Shown here: positions 26,491-39,256 of the stretch, piece after piece
Layout: every line of letters begins with the position of its first letter
Position numbering within the stretch: position 1 is the stretch's first letter
Assembly: GCA_030704615.1 (NCBI GenBank)
Contig: CM060732.1
Coordinates: forward strand, 67,022,001-67,086,000
Length of the DNA: 64,000 nt
Source: Takakia lepidozioides
Lineage: Eukaryota > Plantae > Bryophyta
Direction of reading: 5' to 3'
Translations under genes and position numbers: made by a program
The notes under the pieces: generated by a model
The model's input: the letters and a program-made list of their open reading frames with translations, nothing else
Databases searched by the model: none
What the model was told of the DNA's origin: nothing

Positions 26491-28086
26491 TGTTTTTTTT
26501 TAAAAAAAAATTGCATTTTGTTTTTTTTTTAAATTGATTCTAGTGGTCAGAGTCTCCGTTTTTTCAAAATATAAATACTCATATATTATATATATAACCA
26601 GAAAAGCATGTGTTGACATGTGCAGTCATGTAGTGATTCATCCATGTGATGATCTGGCAGAATGCATTAGAGTGAGAGTCATGAAGTCATATGTCTTTCT
26701 AGCAATATACACATGTCATTCTAGTGTAGCCATGACCGTGACTGGTAGTCATATCTGCCATGCCAATATTCGTGGTCAAACATGTTTGACCTGTGTTCCG
26801 CAGAGTCCGGAGCCATGCAGTCGCATATACGCCTTCCCCAGACCTGCATTATGACTTCAAAAGCATTTTACGACTGCAAATGGCATTTCTGCCACAAATC
26901 TGTCATGACTGCGCACCCATGGGAGTCGTAAAAGCCGCAATTTGTTGTAGTGCAGATGGAGTGGCACATCAAAAGACGAGGATGGAAGTGATCACTGTGC
27001 CATTCAGAGAGTTTTCGAGAAATGTGCAGAAATTGGACTATTTCTACCAAAGAATCCAAACAACGCACTGCAGTACTATGTGCTCGAACATAGTTGGGAT
27101 TTTCCTATTTATAGTTCTACAAAGTGCTAGGATTTATTCAAGGTACCGTGTCTTATTTCCTGTTAACATATTTGTCAAGATATTTAGGTATTAGCCATGG
27201 CTTTTGTATTGAGGGAGGAAGGGCATTGAGGATAGAAGAGGGGCCAGTGTATGAATCGGCAATGAATAAATAAGTAAAATATACGTGTGGATCATTGCCA
27301 TGCAACTCTGGCTCATTGATTTGCACTAGTGTTCGCCCTGTTGATGGCTGACTGGTGATGGAAATGGTAGGGACTAATTGAATTCTAGGCCTTGAAATTT
27401 GTCGCAAGCACAGTTGCAGGTAGAGCTCCTAAACCTGGATAGTTGGGGCGATGTGCAGCCCCCAGCATAGCTTCCAAACTCCATCTGCTCAAGCAACCCT
27501 GCCAGCTCCACCTTCAAGTCAGGCTACCCAGGTATTAGGTGTCTTTCATGCAACATGGAAATGCTACAGGATGTCTCAAAAAACACTGAAGCCTGTGGGC
27601 ATCTCCCTAGCTTTGAATCCATGCCAAGGCTTGCCGGCAAATATATCTCTCGTTCTTTTAACATTTGATTCCCATAGCTTTCTTGCCTCGTCAAACCTAC
27701 CATAGCAAGCATTTGTGGGAAAAGCTTCGCACAAAGATCATGCTGAAGTTGTGAAGGACAAAGGAGCTTGTGTGATATGAACCATAACAACCCATGGGAG
27801 AAACCTTTTTGCCACTACAGTGTCGTTGAAAGTTGCAACGCTACAGCAAATGTTGTGAAGAAGAATCACAGTGTTGTCGTCTAGTTGGGCTGAGTGTGAT
27901 GGACTAACTTATTTCTGGCTGTTTGCTGCTGCAGAGAGTCAGCAGCTGCTATGAAAGGGACACCCTCCAAACATTTTCCTAACTCATTGTCGTGTTATGT
28001 CTATGCTTCAATACACTCACTTGTCTTTGTCTTGGTGCTTATATGCTTGGGTTAGCTTTGAAGAGGACTTACTAGTGGTGTAGAAT

Positions 28087-31000
28087 TGTTAGAGAGTCGC
28101 TTGGATTAGTTGGTTGCGAGTCAAATCCCACCCATATACAAGTACTTGCAAGCATATATGGCCTCATGAAGAGCACATAGATCTTACTTTGTGTTGCAAC
28201 ATGGAGCTCTAAATCTCCCTCCATTTTTCACAATTCAGAGTGCCCAGAAACTACCCCCTGTGCTTTGACTGCCTACCAGCCTCATAGTTACCATCTGATT
28301 CACAAGTTGCCGTTGTTTGATGATGCCATGGTTGCCGTTTGAAGCTGGTCATTGTATGGAGTTCTAGTGATTGTGTTCCATACCTTTCCATAAGATCAGG
28401 AGAGAACAGATGTGGAATGTATTTGTCCACTTGTATCTTGCCCCCTGCTGCTGCTCTCCTATAGAAATGATGGCAAATTTGTCCCCCACATTACATGTTC
28501 ATCCACTGGGGTGAATTAGGTGGGAATTGGGAGGACCCAAGGAGGATCCACTGGGTCCATTACACTGGCCTTACACACATCTTAGAAACTGAGATCTTAC
28601 AATACAGAAAGGTTCATTGTCTCATAGCTGAGGCCAACCCGAAGTCCTCAAGTCTATGATGCTGACATCTTTCGCCTAATAATTCACCAATCACAGCAAG
28701 TGAAAGTAAGGGTTCCTCCTACAGTATAAACCCTCCCCTATTTCTTAAGAGACATCCTTCATTATTTAACAAGATACCTTGCCTTCCATGGTGGAGAGAA
28801 TCATGTCATCAAAGTATAGTAGGCAAGGATCAAATGACGGTCCTCCTAATCAGCCTTGGGCATTGCTATCAGGGTCCCTTGCAAACACAGCCGGGCATCC
28901 TGACATGCTTGATATTTTTGTGTTTTTGTGTTCATTGCTCCCATATTGCAGAGGCAATCTTGCCATCATGCTGGTTTGGATCTTGCTTCATGCTTTGGCA
29001 ACTTTCTGCTCACAAACTGCGTGCTCATTGCTGGATCTAGGTACTCATTCTCTGAAAAGTTTCTCCAAGTTTTACAAGCTTACGTTTCCATCCAGTTGTT
29101 TTTCCACCTCCTTGCGATTAAGAAGGCCAGATCTATTAGCCAAGAACTGAATGGGAACAAAGAAGGTGGGACGGTCCACCAACAATCTCTGCATGGCAGG
29201 TCGACAGCCTTTACAGGAACTGTCAAAGGAGTTGCCAAACAGACCTGGATTGGCAGGAAGTTATGAAAGGGGTCTGACACTCTTTCTCCTGTCCAACTAT
29301 GACTAATTTCAGGCGCTCTGCTTGTTTTGCTGTTCATAGGGTATTTACCAAAACTCCAAAGAAAACTGCTTGCTTGATTACATCCAACAGGAAAATCAAC
29401 AACATTTCCAAGGCACTTCTCTCTTCATAATCATAGGGCCTCAATTCAATCCAAAACCAATATGGATCCCTGGTAACCAGCCTCTCTTATTCCAGTCACA
29501 ATTCTTTGGTTCAGGTCGTAACAGAGATCACTCCAGTCCAAAGATAGTTCAGCCCTGTTCTTCACGGAAGTGTATTCACAAACAGTGACTAGATTCAACT
29601 CTAAACTGCCCCTTTTCAAATCGGCACTTGTGAGACCTTAATCATAGTATTTACACCATCGCTTTGTACAAAAGAGAGATCATAGCCCCTGCTGCTGCTG
29701 CAGACCAACAAAGGCCTGTGACGTCTATTCTAACATCGACTTACAACTCTGTAAGCACAACACCGGTTACAACATCCGGTCCACCCAACCACCACGCCAT
29801 GCTAAATCTGATTTCCTGTCGAGAGCATATCTGCTCTAGCCGCCAGTACACCATCCTCCTCCTCTTCTCCACACTTGCCATCTCCAAGCCTTTTTCAAAA
29901 TCCCTAATCGTGGATCTCTTCATGCACGCGAGCCTGCTCCATTTTACCTGCATTTGTCAGTTCGGCGATATTCTAGCAGTCACTTGCTTCGCCAAACTGG
30001 TTGACAGGTCTCGATCTTTGTTCAAGGCACCTAACAAACTCCTCCTCCCAAAGACATGTCATTGTCCTCAATGACAGAAAAATGAGGGGTAACTCAATGT
30101 CAATTCATTTTCTTTCTCCCAAGTAGCTTCTGTCTCTGGGTAATGCAACCACTTAATTAAATGTTCTTTCCAAGAACGGTTGCACAGGTGCTTCACTCGC
30201 GTTTCTAGAATCTTTTCGGGTTCAACCATCAGCTGACCATCATTCATGGCTTGAGGCAACGTCGGCAAGATGTGTGATGGGTCTGACATATACCTCCGGA
30301 GAAGGCTGACATGGAAAGTTTTATGGATCTTCCATGTTGGAGGCAAATCCAGATCATAGGCCACTGTGCCATGGCGTTCCAGGATTTTAAACGGGCCACA
30401 AAATCTTGGTGATAACTTATAACACTTGCCGAGTGTTAGATTGCTTCTTTTAGGTGTAACTTTCAAAAACACCATATCACCAATGGCAAATTCACGAAAA
30501 GTCCTGTGCTTATCAGCAAAGAACTTTGCCCTTTCTTGTGCAGCCTACATACTACGCTTCACCAGATCTAGGACAGAGTGGATCTCTTTGATTCTGTCAT
30601 TTACACTCTGCACATTTGATGGTGGTGTAATAAGCAAAGCAGGAGCCAAGCAATCTCGTCCATATAAAGCTTCAAATGGGCTCATGCCAATGGCACTGTG
30701 GAAATGCTTGTTATAAGCAAATTCCACCATATACATATATTGTTCCCAAGATGACTGTCTTTCACCAACGTACATCCTCAACATATGGTCCTTTCTGTTT
30801 GGGCATCTGTTTCTGGGTGAAAGGCTGTACTCAGTTTCACCTTGGTTCCCAATTTCTTAAACAAGTCAATCCAAAAATGACTTGTGAACTTTGAGTCCCT
30901 GTCACAAATAATCTCCCGAGGCAGACCATGGATTCCGAATATCTCTTTCATGTACAAGGATGCAACATCAGATGCCGTAGCATTCATCCTTGTAGGTATC

Positions 31001-31856
31001 AAGTGGGCTATCTTAGACAGCCTATCTACAACCACCATGATACTGTCATGGCCACTTCTGGTCCTGGGTAATGCCACAATGAAATCCATGCTAATGGACT
31101 CCCAATTCCATCCAGGAACAGATAATGGTTGTAATAATCCAAGAGGTCTGACTCTCTCTGACTTCGAAACCTGACATGGGAAACATTTCTGCACATACTC
31201 TCTAATTTCTCTCTTCATACCTGGCCAAAAATAGTACTTCCGTATTGACCAATAGGTTCTCTGAAAGCCCGGGTGTCCAGAGATTGGAATATTGTGACTG
31301 TCATGAATAATCCGCAATCTCAAGTCTGGAATCAGGGGAACACACAGCCGACCATCATAAAATAACACCCCATCTCTCAAGAGGTATGGCCGGTACTTCT
31401 CTCTCTCAATAGAAGTTCTTTGGTCACGAGACAAACTCTTGAATGGCTCTTTGAAGAATTCATCGACCTCATACTGACCTTTAATGTCTTGAAATATAGT
31501 GCTACTGACGCATGAGACAACATTAGCTCGTAATGGTCTCCTAGAAAGTGCATCAGCAACTACATTCTCTTTCCCCTTGACATACTTTAGGTCATAATGG
31601 AACTGCTGAAGCAGTTCTGACCACCTAATCTGCCTCTGACTCAAATGAGGTTGTGTGGTCAAGTATTTCAAACTTTGATGGTCAGTTTCCATCACAAAAT
31701 CAACTGGAAGCAGGTAATGCCTCCATATCTTCAGAGCATAAACTATTGCCAACAGTTCTTTTTCATGAGTTGGGTAATTCTTCTCTGCTGGACTGATCTT
31801 TCGAGATTCGTAGGCAATCACTTGCCCATCTTGCATCAGCACAGCTCCTACCACGA
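28087..31856 (-). mobile_element. 3' part of chromovirus D: RNase H-integrase-chromodomain, PPT and a probable ~1.95-kb 3' LTR (28087-30036)
   Basis: ORFs 30778-31856, 30545-30784 and 30068-30475 (EPEKILETR...LIKWLHYPETEATWE). PPT GGGAGGAGGAG precedes TGTTAG at 30036; a matching CTAACA end sits at 28087. The LTR extent is tentative. Confidence 0.8.
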
Positions 31857-31859
31857 AGG

Positions 31860-32550
31860 TGTGTGGTACCCTCACCCCAACCCTCCCCCACCTGCGTATC
31901 CTCCCCAGGCAACGTATCCCAAAAACCCCATGTATAGTGCACCGCTGCATGGCCCTTATTCCAGGCAGCCCACAGCTTCACCCAATTGCACCGCTTCGCG
32001 GCCTCTTCAATTCCCAAGCTCACCAGCTCCGAGCACAGGTTATGTTCCTGTCCACCCCACACCCCACGTTGGTGCGTGGCAGGGTTCATGTCCGCCCACA
32101 GGGCCCCATGTTGTAGGTTGTGAGGGAGGAGAGGAGGCCCGTGATTCCAATATGACTCCAGATGCGCAACATTTGACTGGCAAGGACAGAGCCAATTTTT
32201 TGCGCAAGGCGAGGAGAGTAGCACGGAAAGGGTTGAAGGAAACGGCTTGTGCAAATGTGGCTGTTGGGCAAAAGAGATTCATATTGCCTGTGGCAAAAAG
32301 GGCCCATGCAGGGATGCACGGAATGACTGGCTGGCAGCCCTGCGAGGGCAATGCCAACGTGTGCTGGACTGTTCTGTGCCCATCCATCTTCAACCTCAAA
32401 GTCTAATTGACGAGGTGGGTGAACTATTAGCAGATGATTGGGAATATTTACCTCCTGGGATAACTGGCGCCCAACTTCGAACTGAGATTGGAGACGTCAT
32501 TAAATACCAGCGCATCAAACTGTTTAGAAAAGTGTACTCCCGTGGGAGGT
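31860..32550 (+). pseudogene. Transposon accessory (TnpA-like) gene fragment
   Basis: Pro-rich region followed by DWLAALRGQCQRVLDCSVPIHLQPQSLIDEVGELLADDWEY...IKYQRIKL, with one frameshift. The family assignment rests on resemblance only. Confidence 0.4.
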
Positions 32551-32629
32551 TAGCTATTTCATGAGCATGAGCGGCATGAGCGGAGTAGCAAGACAATCGG
32601 TTTTCATGAGCAGAAGTACAAATTTCGAA

Positions 32630-33791
32630 GACTTGGAGCTGTATCTGTTTGGGTTTGGCACCCGGTCTCAACTTAACCTCCTCCTGAACGAGCTGCTCTG
32701 CCTCGTGGGCAGCCTCCCGCGAGTTTCCCCTCGCCAATTTGTGACAATGGGAACCAACGTGTATGCAAGCTCGGGTGAGGTCAGGGAAACGGTGCAACAC
32801 ATAGAATTGCTTGGCATTACAAACAGACATGCAGTGTGGTGGTTCTTTGCAATGCGCACACTTAAATGTGGAGTTCGGAACCTTCTCCTGAGCTTGAAAT
32901 GGTTGATGAGCTGTGCCTGTCCAATCGGTCTCGTTCCTGTGACCTCTGGATTTAAAGTGGAAGCAAGTTGGGGAGAAACACCGCAACGCGCCCGCACAAA
33001 CAACGTAGCGCACCCGCACACCATCGACCATCTTCATGCTGGTGGTTTTGGTGACGCACCAAAGATGACCATCATGTTTTCAACATTCCGGACGCCCTCG
33101 AGTAGTCCGTCCGAGGAGGGAACTCAAAGAAGATATTACCGTCGACGTCTGCGGGAAGACATGTAACCGATTTAATTGCGAACTTGCTCTAGTCCAGCTC
33201 CGAGCGGTGTCCCTCCATGTGAAGCCCTCGCAGAATTTCAAGAATAGATCGAACTGCGGTGCTCGTGCTGGGAATATGACTCCCTCATCCACTGACGTCC
33301 ATTGAGGACTTGCCTGATCTCCAGGACGACCTCGGAACTTCCATGACCTCGTCTGAGTCGGACAGGTTGTGAACAACCCGGTTCTCGCTCGTCTTCATGG
33401 ATGGGTTCGGCTTTGGATTTACTTCGTTGCGGACTTCTCTCTTTGAGGTAGCCACTCTTTGATTCGCGGATTGTTTCATGGAAGGCGCCAGGATAGAAGG
33501 TGTATTTGGCGGGCAAATAAAGTCCCCAACAGCCCTGTATATGACGCTGTCCGATGGTGGAACTCGTCATTCCCTGCCATCGCCGAAATCATCGTGGAGC
33601 ACAACAATACTCTCGACAACAACGCCGTTTGAGTCCTTCCTTTCCTCCTCCAAAAAAACCGACCCCGGTTTCAGGTGGTATCGAACGCACAGATATTTCT
33701 CCATCACCCGACAGATGTCCCCTCTGCACGGAAATGAAGCTCTATGCTCGTGAGGAGGGCAGTACACTATAGCGCTCGGGTTTTCCGCCAT
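32630..33791 (-). pseudogene. N-terminal part of a transposase-like protein with a GCM/WRKY-type zinc domain (MULE-related)
   Basis: DGHLW...CAGALRC-x4-C...CAHCKEPPHC-x3-CNAK...RACIHVGSHCH pattern. Frameshifted and truncated before any DDE domain. Confidence 0.55.
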
Positions 33792-34433
33792 GGGAGATGT
33801 GCACACAAGACTCCCAGGATGGCGTGCGAGCAAGCTCCCTGGTAGAAGGGGGATGCAGCGATGGGAAGGAATGCGGTGCCGGTTTGTCCAAGCGACGAAG
33901 CCTGATCCAAATCCAGGGAGCCAACCATCTCAAAAATCCACAGTCAGAGTGTTAATGAACCTTGTCTTAGGAATGCGGCCCCTAGTCTTTGCGCAATAAC
34001 TACCAACGGTATGCAGTCAGAAAGTGGGGGGCCGTTCGGATGATGTCGGCTGAAGGGGAGAAGCCGGCATCGTGTCGTCACATTACTACCCCCGGATGAA
34101 AATTCGGCACCGAATATCCAACAGGGGCCGCACGTATGAAGTCGCCTCGGGCAGAGAGGCCGGAACCTGTCCGACAGAGAACAACCCCCGGATGGAAATT
34201 CAGCGGCTCGTTGCGATGCTGGTTTTGGCACCGATGTTGGTTATGACGATTTTGGGAATGACAGAGTGACGACGAGCCCGGCACGCTGGTGGTATCATCG
34301 ACCGCTCCAACTCATCGCGTGTTTGAATCGCCCAAGCGAGAAGGCGAACTTCAACCTTTTGTTGGTGGACGGGAGGACCTGCAGCGAGGGTACGACATAA
34401 TAGGCATTGTGGGACGGCAATCATCGTCTTGGC

Positions 34434-37400
34434 ATGGATGGAGCACATAGCCGAAGCCCACCCCAACGACCTCGATTGGCATTTCGTCGTGGAGTGTGTT
34501 GTGCTGAAGGTTGCGGGGCCCAAAGATCGCAGTCTTCTCAAAGCTGCAATGGCAGACATCAACTCGTAAGTTACAACACCTCTTGCTTTTGGACCCATCC
34601 GATCGTAAGTCATTTCATTGCGAATCCTCATATTTGTTGTAAATTCCCATTTCAGAATTGTTTGATGGAAATGTGGCATTGCAGGGTGACTGAGAATGCC
34701 TTCATTGCCACCAACTTGTCCCATATGCTCTTCCGAGTGAAGGATGTCGGGAAGTAGGGGGTGCAAGAGTTTGCCAATTCGCTCAGTGTCGACCTCCTGT
34801 GCAAGTCAGAGGCAAAGGCAGACAGAACCTGGTATAGGCTGAGCATGGATGCCATGGTGGACTACATATTTCGGGTAAAGCTCCTGACTGTTTTGTTGAG
34901 CTAATCTGTCTCTCCTCCCCCAATAGAAGAAAAAGTGTTGAGCAGGATCTCTAATCTTATGTGCGCATTCTTGACAGATGAAAATTCAGCAGGATTTGGC
35001 ACATGCGCGGAGGTTCTACATGGAGTCAGAGGAGAAGAATCTAACCCTCCCGGCACTCAAATCGTATCTCAAAGCTGCGGAGGTGAGGGCCCGCATAAAG
35101 TACAAGTCACGGATGGTAAAGTACGTGGCCATAGCTGATCCCGCCCTTGGTGCCGACTTTCTGGTGGATGGTGCAGAAAAGGTGATACATTCTTAACCAA
35201 ATTGTGGTGGCAACAACTCATTTTTGTGGTGTTTGGCGCTTACGAATATGCTGGGTGGTTGGACAAACCCGGTGGCTCCAAATCTGGAATGGTTCCCAAA
35301 GTACAAGGGACATGTGGAGCTTCCCCAAACCGGACAAACTGTCTGACCCCACATTCGACATGTGGATGAACCGCATGACATGGTGGTTTCAGGTACTTCC
35401 CCACGCTTCGTTTGGCGCTTCTACTCTTGTAGGGGGTGGATTCATTGTATTTTTTCAGCAATGCGATCTGATGGAGAATCTCCACAGGTGACGACGAATG
35501 CGCAAGAGCAGCTGGATACACAAGCACATCAGTTCAAGATGGAGATGTCTCCTGCAACAGAGAGCCTACGCGACTATGTGACGAGGTACTTTCTGCTCTA
35601 CAAAACCGACCTATTCTTTCGGGAGATACCACATGCCCGCCGGAGCCACGAGTTCACCGACCAGCCGAACGCGGACAAAGCAGCAATGCGCCTTCTGTAC
35701 ATGCACATACGCGATGCCCTCCTTACAGTCCTTGCATTTTTTGCCGAATTTCCAGATCAGGGCTCCGAAAATGGGTAAGTCCCTAGGGTGGCTGGCCCTG
35801 AACTGGAAATTTGGCGCCATTTTTCCAGGTCAAGGCCATATGGGACAGCCATTTTCGGGCCGGACCTGGGAAAATGGCGCCGAATTTCCAGTCAGGGCTC
35901 CGAAAATGGCTAAGTCCCTAGGGTGGCTGGCCCTGAACTGGAAATTCGGCGCCATTTTTCCAGTTCTGGGCCCTATTGCCCTTGTGGGACTTAGCCATTT
36001 TCGGGCCGGACCTGGGAAAATGGCGCCGAATTTCCAGTCAGGGCTCCGAAAATGGGTAAGTCCCTAGGGTGGCTGGCCCTGAACTGGAAATTCGGCACCA
36101 TTTTTCCAGTTCTGGGCCCTATTGCCCTTGTGGGACAGCCATTTTTAGGCCGGACCTAGGAAAATGGCGCCGAATTTCCAGTCAGGGCTCCGAAAATGGG
36201 TAAGTCCCTAGGGTGGCTGGCCCTGAACTGGAAATTCGGCGCCATTTTTCCAGTTCTGGGCCCTATTGCCCTTGTGGGACAGCCATCTTCGGGCCAAACC
36301 GGGAAAAATGGCGCCAAATTTCCAGTTCAAGGCTCCCAAGATGGCTAAGTCCCTAGGGTGGCAGTCACCGAAAACCGAAATTCGGCGCCATTTTTCCATT
36401 TCTAGGCCCACTCAGATCCGCCCCAACCTGGGAAAATGGTGCCGAATTTGCAGTTCAGGGACCTCATAGTGTTTTTCATGAATGCAGGTACTGCAAGTTC
36501 TCCCTTTTGGAGAAAGGTCATCTGTCTTTCGAGCCTTCATTCTTCCTGGCATGGAGGAACCCTGGGGCTGACTCCATGTACACTGACGATATTGTGAAGG
36601 AGTGGCATCTGGAACATTTGCATGATTGCCCTTGGCATGTGGACCTTCCGCCCGGCATGCTCGACCCATCCGAGTTTCAATTGAAGCTGGATGCTGAGGC
36701 CCGACGAAACCGGGCTCCGCTACCTCCGCTGGGTGCAAAAGAGGCAAAAGCGCTTGCGAACTCCAGGAAAGCGGCAGAGCTTGCTCAGGCAGGAATTCAG
36801 GAGAAATTGAATGAGAAGAGTAAAGGCCAAAGGAAAAGGACAAGGAAACAAGTGAGTGCAGTAACACCCAAAAAACAGAAAACCATCGGGGCATCGGAGC
36901 AGGCGCAGGAGGGGACCCAAGAGAGTGACTCGGACGACGACTTTGTTCAAGGTCCTGCGACTGCTGTTGCTGCTACCCAGTCACCGGTCGTCCGGGTTCC
37001 CAAGTCAGTTCGGAGTGGGACTGGCTCTGCCAAGAAGTTGGCATTTGAGGGCGAGCCTACACGGCGATATTCGGCGGTGACGTTTACACACAGGCCAAAG
37101 CTAGAACCTCCAACCATCATCCAATGCGTCAATGAGAGCTTCCTTGACGCTCTCGCTGCCAGGGCGAAGAAGGTGGCACACAGCAAGTCTATGGCGGAGC
37201 AGAAGGGGAAAGCCAAGAAGAGGGCTGCCGGTACAGAGCCTAAAGACACCCCTGGTTTTGAAGCCATGATGGAATTCTTCACGGCTGTGAGCACGGATTG
37301 CAAGAGCACTCGGGGGGGGGGGGGGGGGGTTTGAGGTGGAGAGAGCTTGCGACATGATTCTCCTCGACATTCCAGATGGGGAGCTGCTGGAGGGCCTGGA

Positions 37401-37495
37401 TGGTGTGCCCACCTGGAACAGGTTTACTGAGGACTACTGGAAAGCCGGGTTTGGGCTGGCGGGGATGCTTCTGAATGACGGTGGAATGATCGGAG
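34434..37495 (+). pseudogene. Large spliced gene, divergent from the GCM transposase, ending in a truncated N4/N6 DNA methyltransferase-like motif
   Basis: Exon ORFs 34978-35196, 35460-35740 and 36507-37334, then DMILLDIPDG...W...LLNDGGMI (37350-37492), which resembles the D-x-I-x2-DPPY...LLKxGG-I signature. Confidence 0.5.
35743..36460. repeat. Intronic tandem repeat, ~5 copies of ~140 bp with internal inverted repeats
   Basis: ccgaatttccag recurs near 35744, 35880, 36026, 36170, 36314 and 36442. Each unit contains ggaaaatggcgccgaatttccag and ctggaaattcggcgccatttttcc. Confidence 0.9.
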
Positions 37496-37874
37496 CCTCG
37501 ACGGGAGAGATATCAAGGAAAAGGTCTCCGGTTCAAATCGGGTCTTAGATTCCGTGGAAAAAAAATGATTAGACTTGGATGACTTAGATGACATTGGACA
37601 CTTGGGCCAACAACACAGGCTATCCTGGAGGTCATACTTGGGCCTAGACATAGGCGACGCACTTGAATGCATAGGAGATTGCACATGGGCTTACATGACC
37701 CTGGACTCTTGGGCCAACGGCACAGGCTACCCTAGTTAATAGTTTCACCCACTGTTCCTTTGCACAATCAGGTAGCCCTAAGTGTTCCCCCATATTCAAT
37801 TGTGTTCCCTAACCATGGGATCTATGGCTCTCTTTGGAGAGCTAGCTGTTGTGATGGATGTCAGATGATTCTTA

Positions 37875-38249
37875 GGGCCGCTTTACACTAGGGCCCAAGC
37901 CCAAGCCCAAGACCAAGTGAGAACGGAGCATTCCCATTGGCGGAGGCCTGAAAATTGGGCCCAACGACTTTACACTACGGCCCGAGCCCAAGAAAATGGA
38001 AGTGGGTCATCTGCCTACATGGCACCTACATGACACAAGTTTTGGCGCCAACTTCTTGGGCCGGACCAAGAAAAAAGAACCCTCCTAGAATAGAGACCCA
38101 GCTCTCGGTTTTTGGGCCCAAGAAGTTTGGTATTAAAATAGACTAATTTTGTGCGATCATGATTGTTGAAGTTGGCCCAAGACCAGCCCAAGAGTGGTAG
38201 GAATTGGGCCCATGATTTCTTGGGCTTGGGCCCTAGTGTAAAGCGGTCC
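37875..38249. mobile_element. PIF/Harbinger (Tourist-like) MITE, 375 bp
   Basis: 29-bp TIR GG(G/A)CCGCTTTACACTAGGGCCCAAGCCCA with TTA TSD on both sides. Confidence 0.92.
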
Positions 38250-39256
38250 TTAGAGAGCCAATAAGGGGTGGGCGGTTAAGAAGCAGCATCAAGTAGGTGG
38301 TGCAGGGGGGAATGCTAGAGTGTGAGCCTAGCCACGGCGAGCCTAGGAGCTTGCAAGCCCAAGAGCCTGACGTGAGCCCAATCCACGTGACACGAGAATG
38401 GGGGAAGATGCAGGGTGTATTTCCGCATATGAGCACCTATTACCGCGGAAACACAGCAAACACGACTAATCGGCAAACACGACAAACGCGGCAAATCCTA
38501 AACCTAACCCTTAGTGACATGTTCGTGCAGGAAACAGGCTGGGAATTAAGCTAACGTCATTACCGCAGAAACACGGCAAACCGGGGAAACATTTGTACCA
38601 ATTAGCCTATGGTTTTCACATAGAAAGAGTTCCATTCGTCCTATGGCTTTCAACTATTTCTGTACTTCACCTTCTATTGCTCATCAACATCCATTTGATT
38701 CACAAAATATGGCAAGGGTGAAAATACACCAATATGAGGAAAATTACCTAGAGTGGGCCACTTGCACTACCCTACGCCCCATATATATATAGCCACTTCT
38801 ACCCCTTTTCAAAATCCCTTAAAAAAAAACCCTGGTTAGGGTCCGGGTTACCTATCCGGATCCGGGCCAACAACGCATCAAAGCATCATTCCGGATCTCT
38901 TCAATATCATGCGAAGAAGATCGTTCTCTTTCTACTAGATTTCAATTTTGAATTGAGCAACTGTGACAAGGCAGCAGAGCTTCGTCATCTACACATCATC
39001 AAGCACGCACAAAAATCTTGTGGGCCATGACAGGAAAATCAATGGAACCACCGCAACATAGAGTACTGTGGGGGTCCTCTCTTCCTTTCGGGTTAGATTG
39101 CGTTGTGTACTGGAGTCGTTAGAAATCTTAACGGGCTTTTGACATCCAAAAAGCGCACAGATTGCTCTGATGTCTCTGACCTCCACCTGATTTCTCTGAG
39201 GGTCTCCGATCTCATTTTCACAAGATTTGGGCCAGGAAGCTAAGGGGAGGGCAAGG

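Larger units (their letters stand above)
22487..26952. mobile_element. Non-autonomous Pack-CACTA element (4466 bp) with captured gene fragments
   Basis: Perfect 26-bp TIR CACTACAACAAATTGCGGCTTTTACG and 3-bp TSD CAG. No transposase is visible inside. Confidence 0.95.
21355..27130 (+). pseudogene. Multi-exon gene remnant of unknown function, split by the CACTA insertion
   Basis: Exon-like blocks bounded by GT/AG near 21349-21474, 21651-21834, 22019-22249 and from 22357. Removing the CACTA and one TSD restores the frame ...SLCYGPRWSGTSKDEDGSDHC...STKC*. Exon phases are tentative. Confidence 0.45.

Noticed and set aside
30778-31950. 390-aa ORF as a single gene
   Set aside because: It reads through a junction at ~31857; only the RH-INT part is retroelement pol.
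39227-39256. Longer 577-aa PFP start in the ORF track
   Set aside because: It begins at TTG; the first ATG at 39257 gives the expected length.
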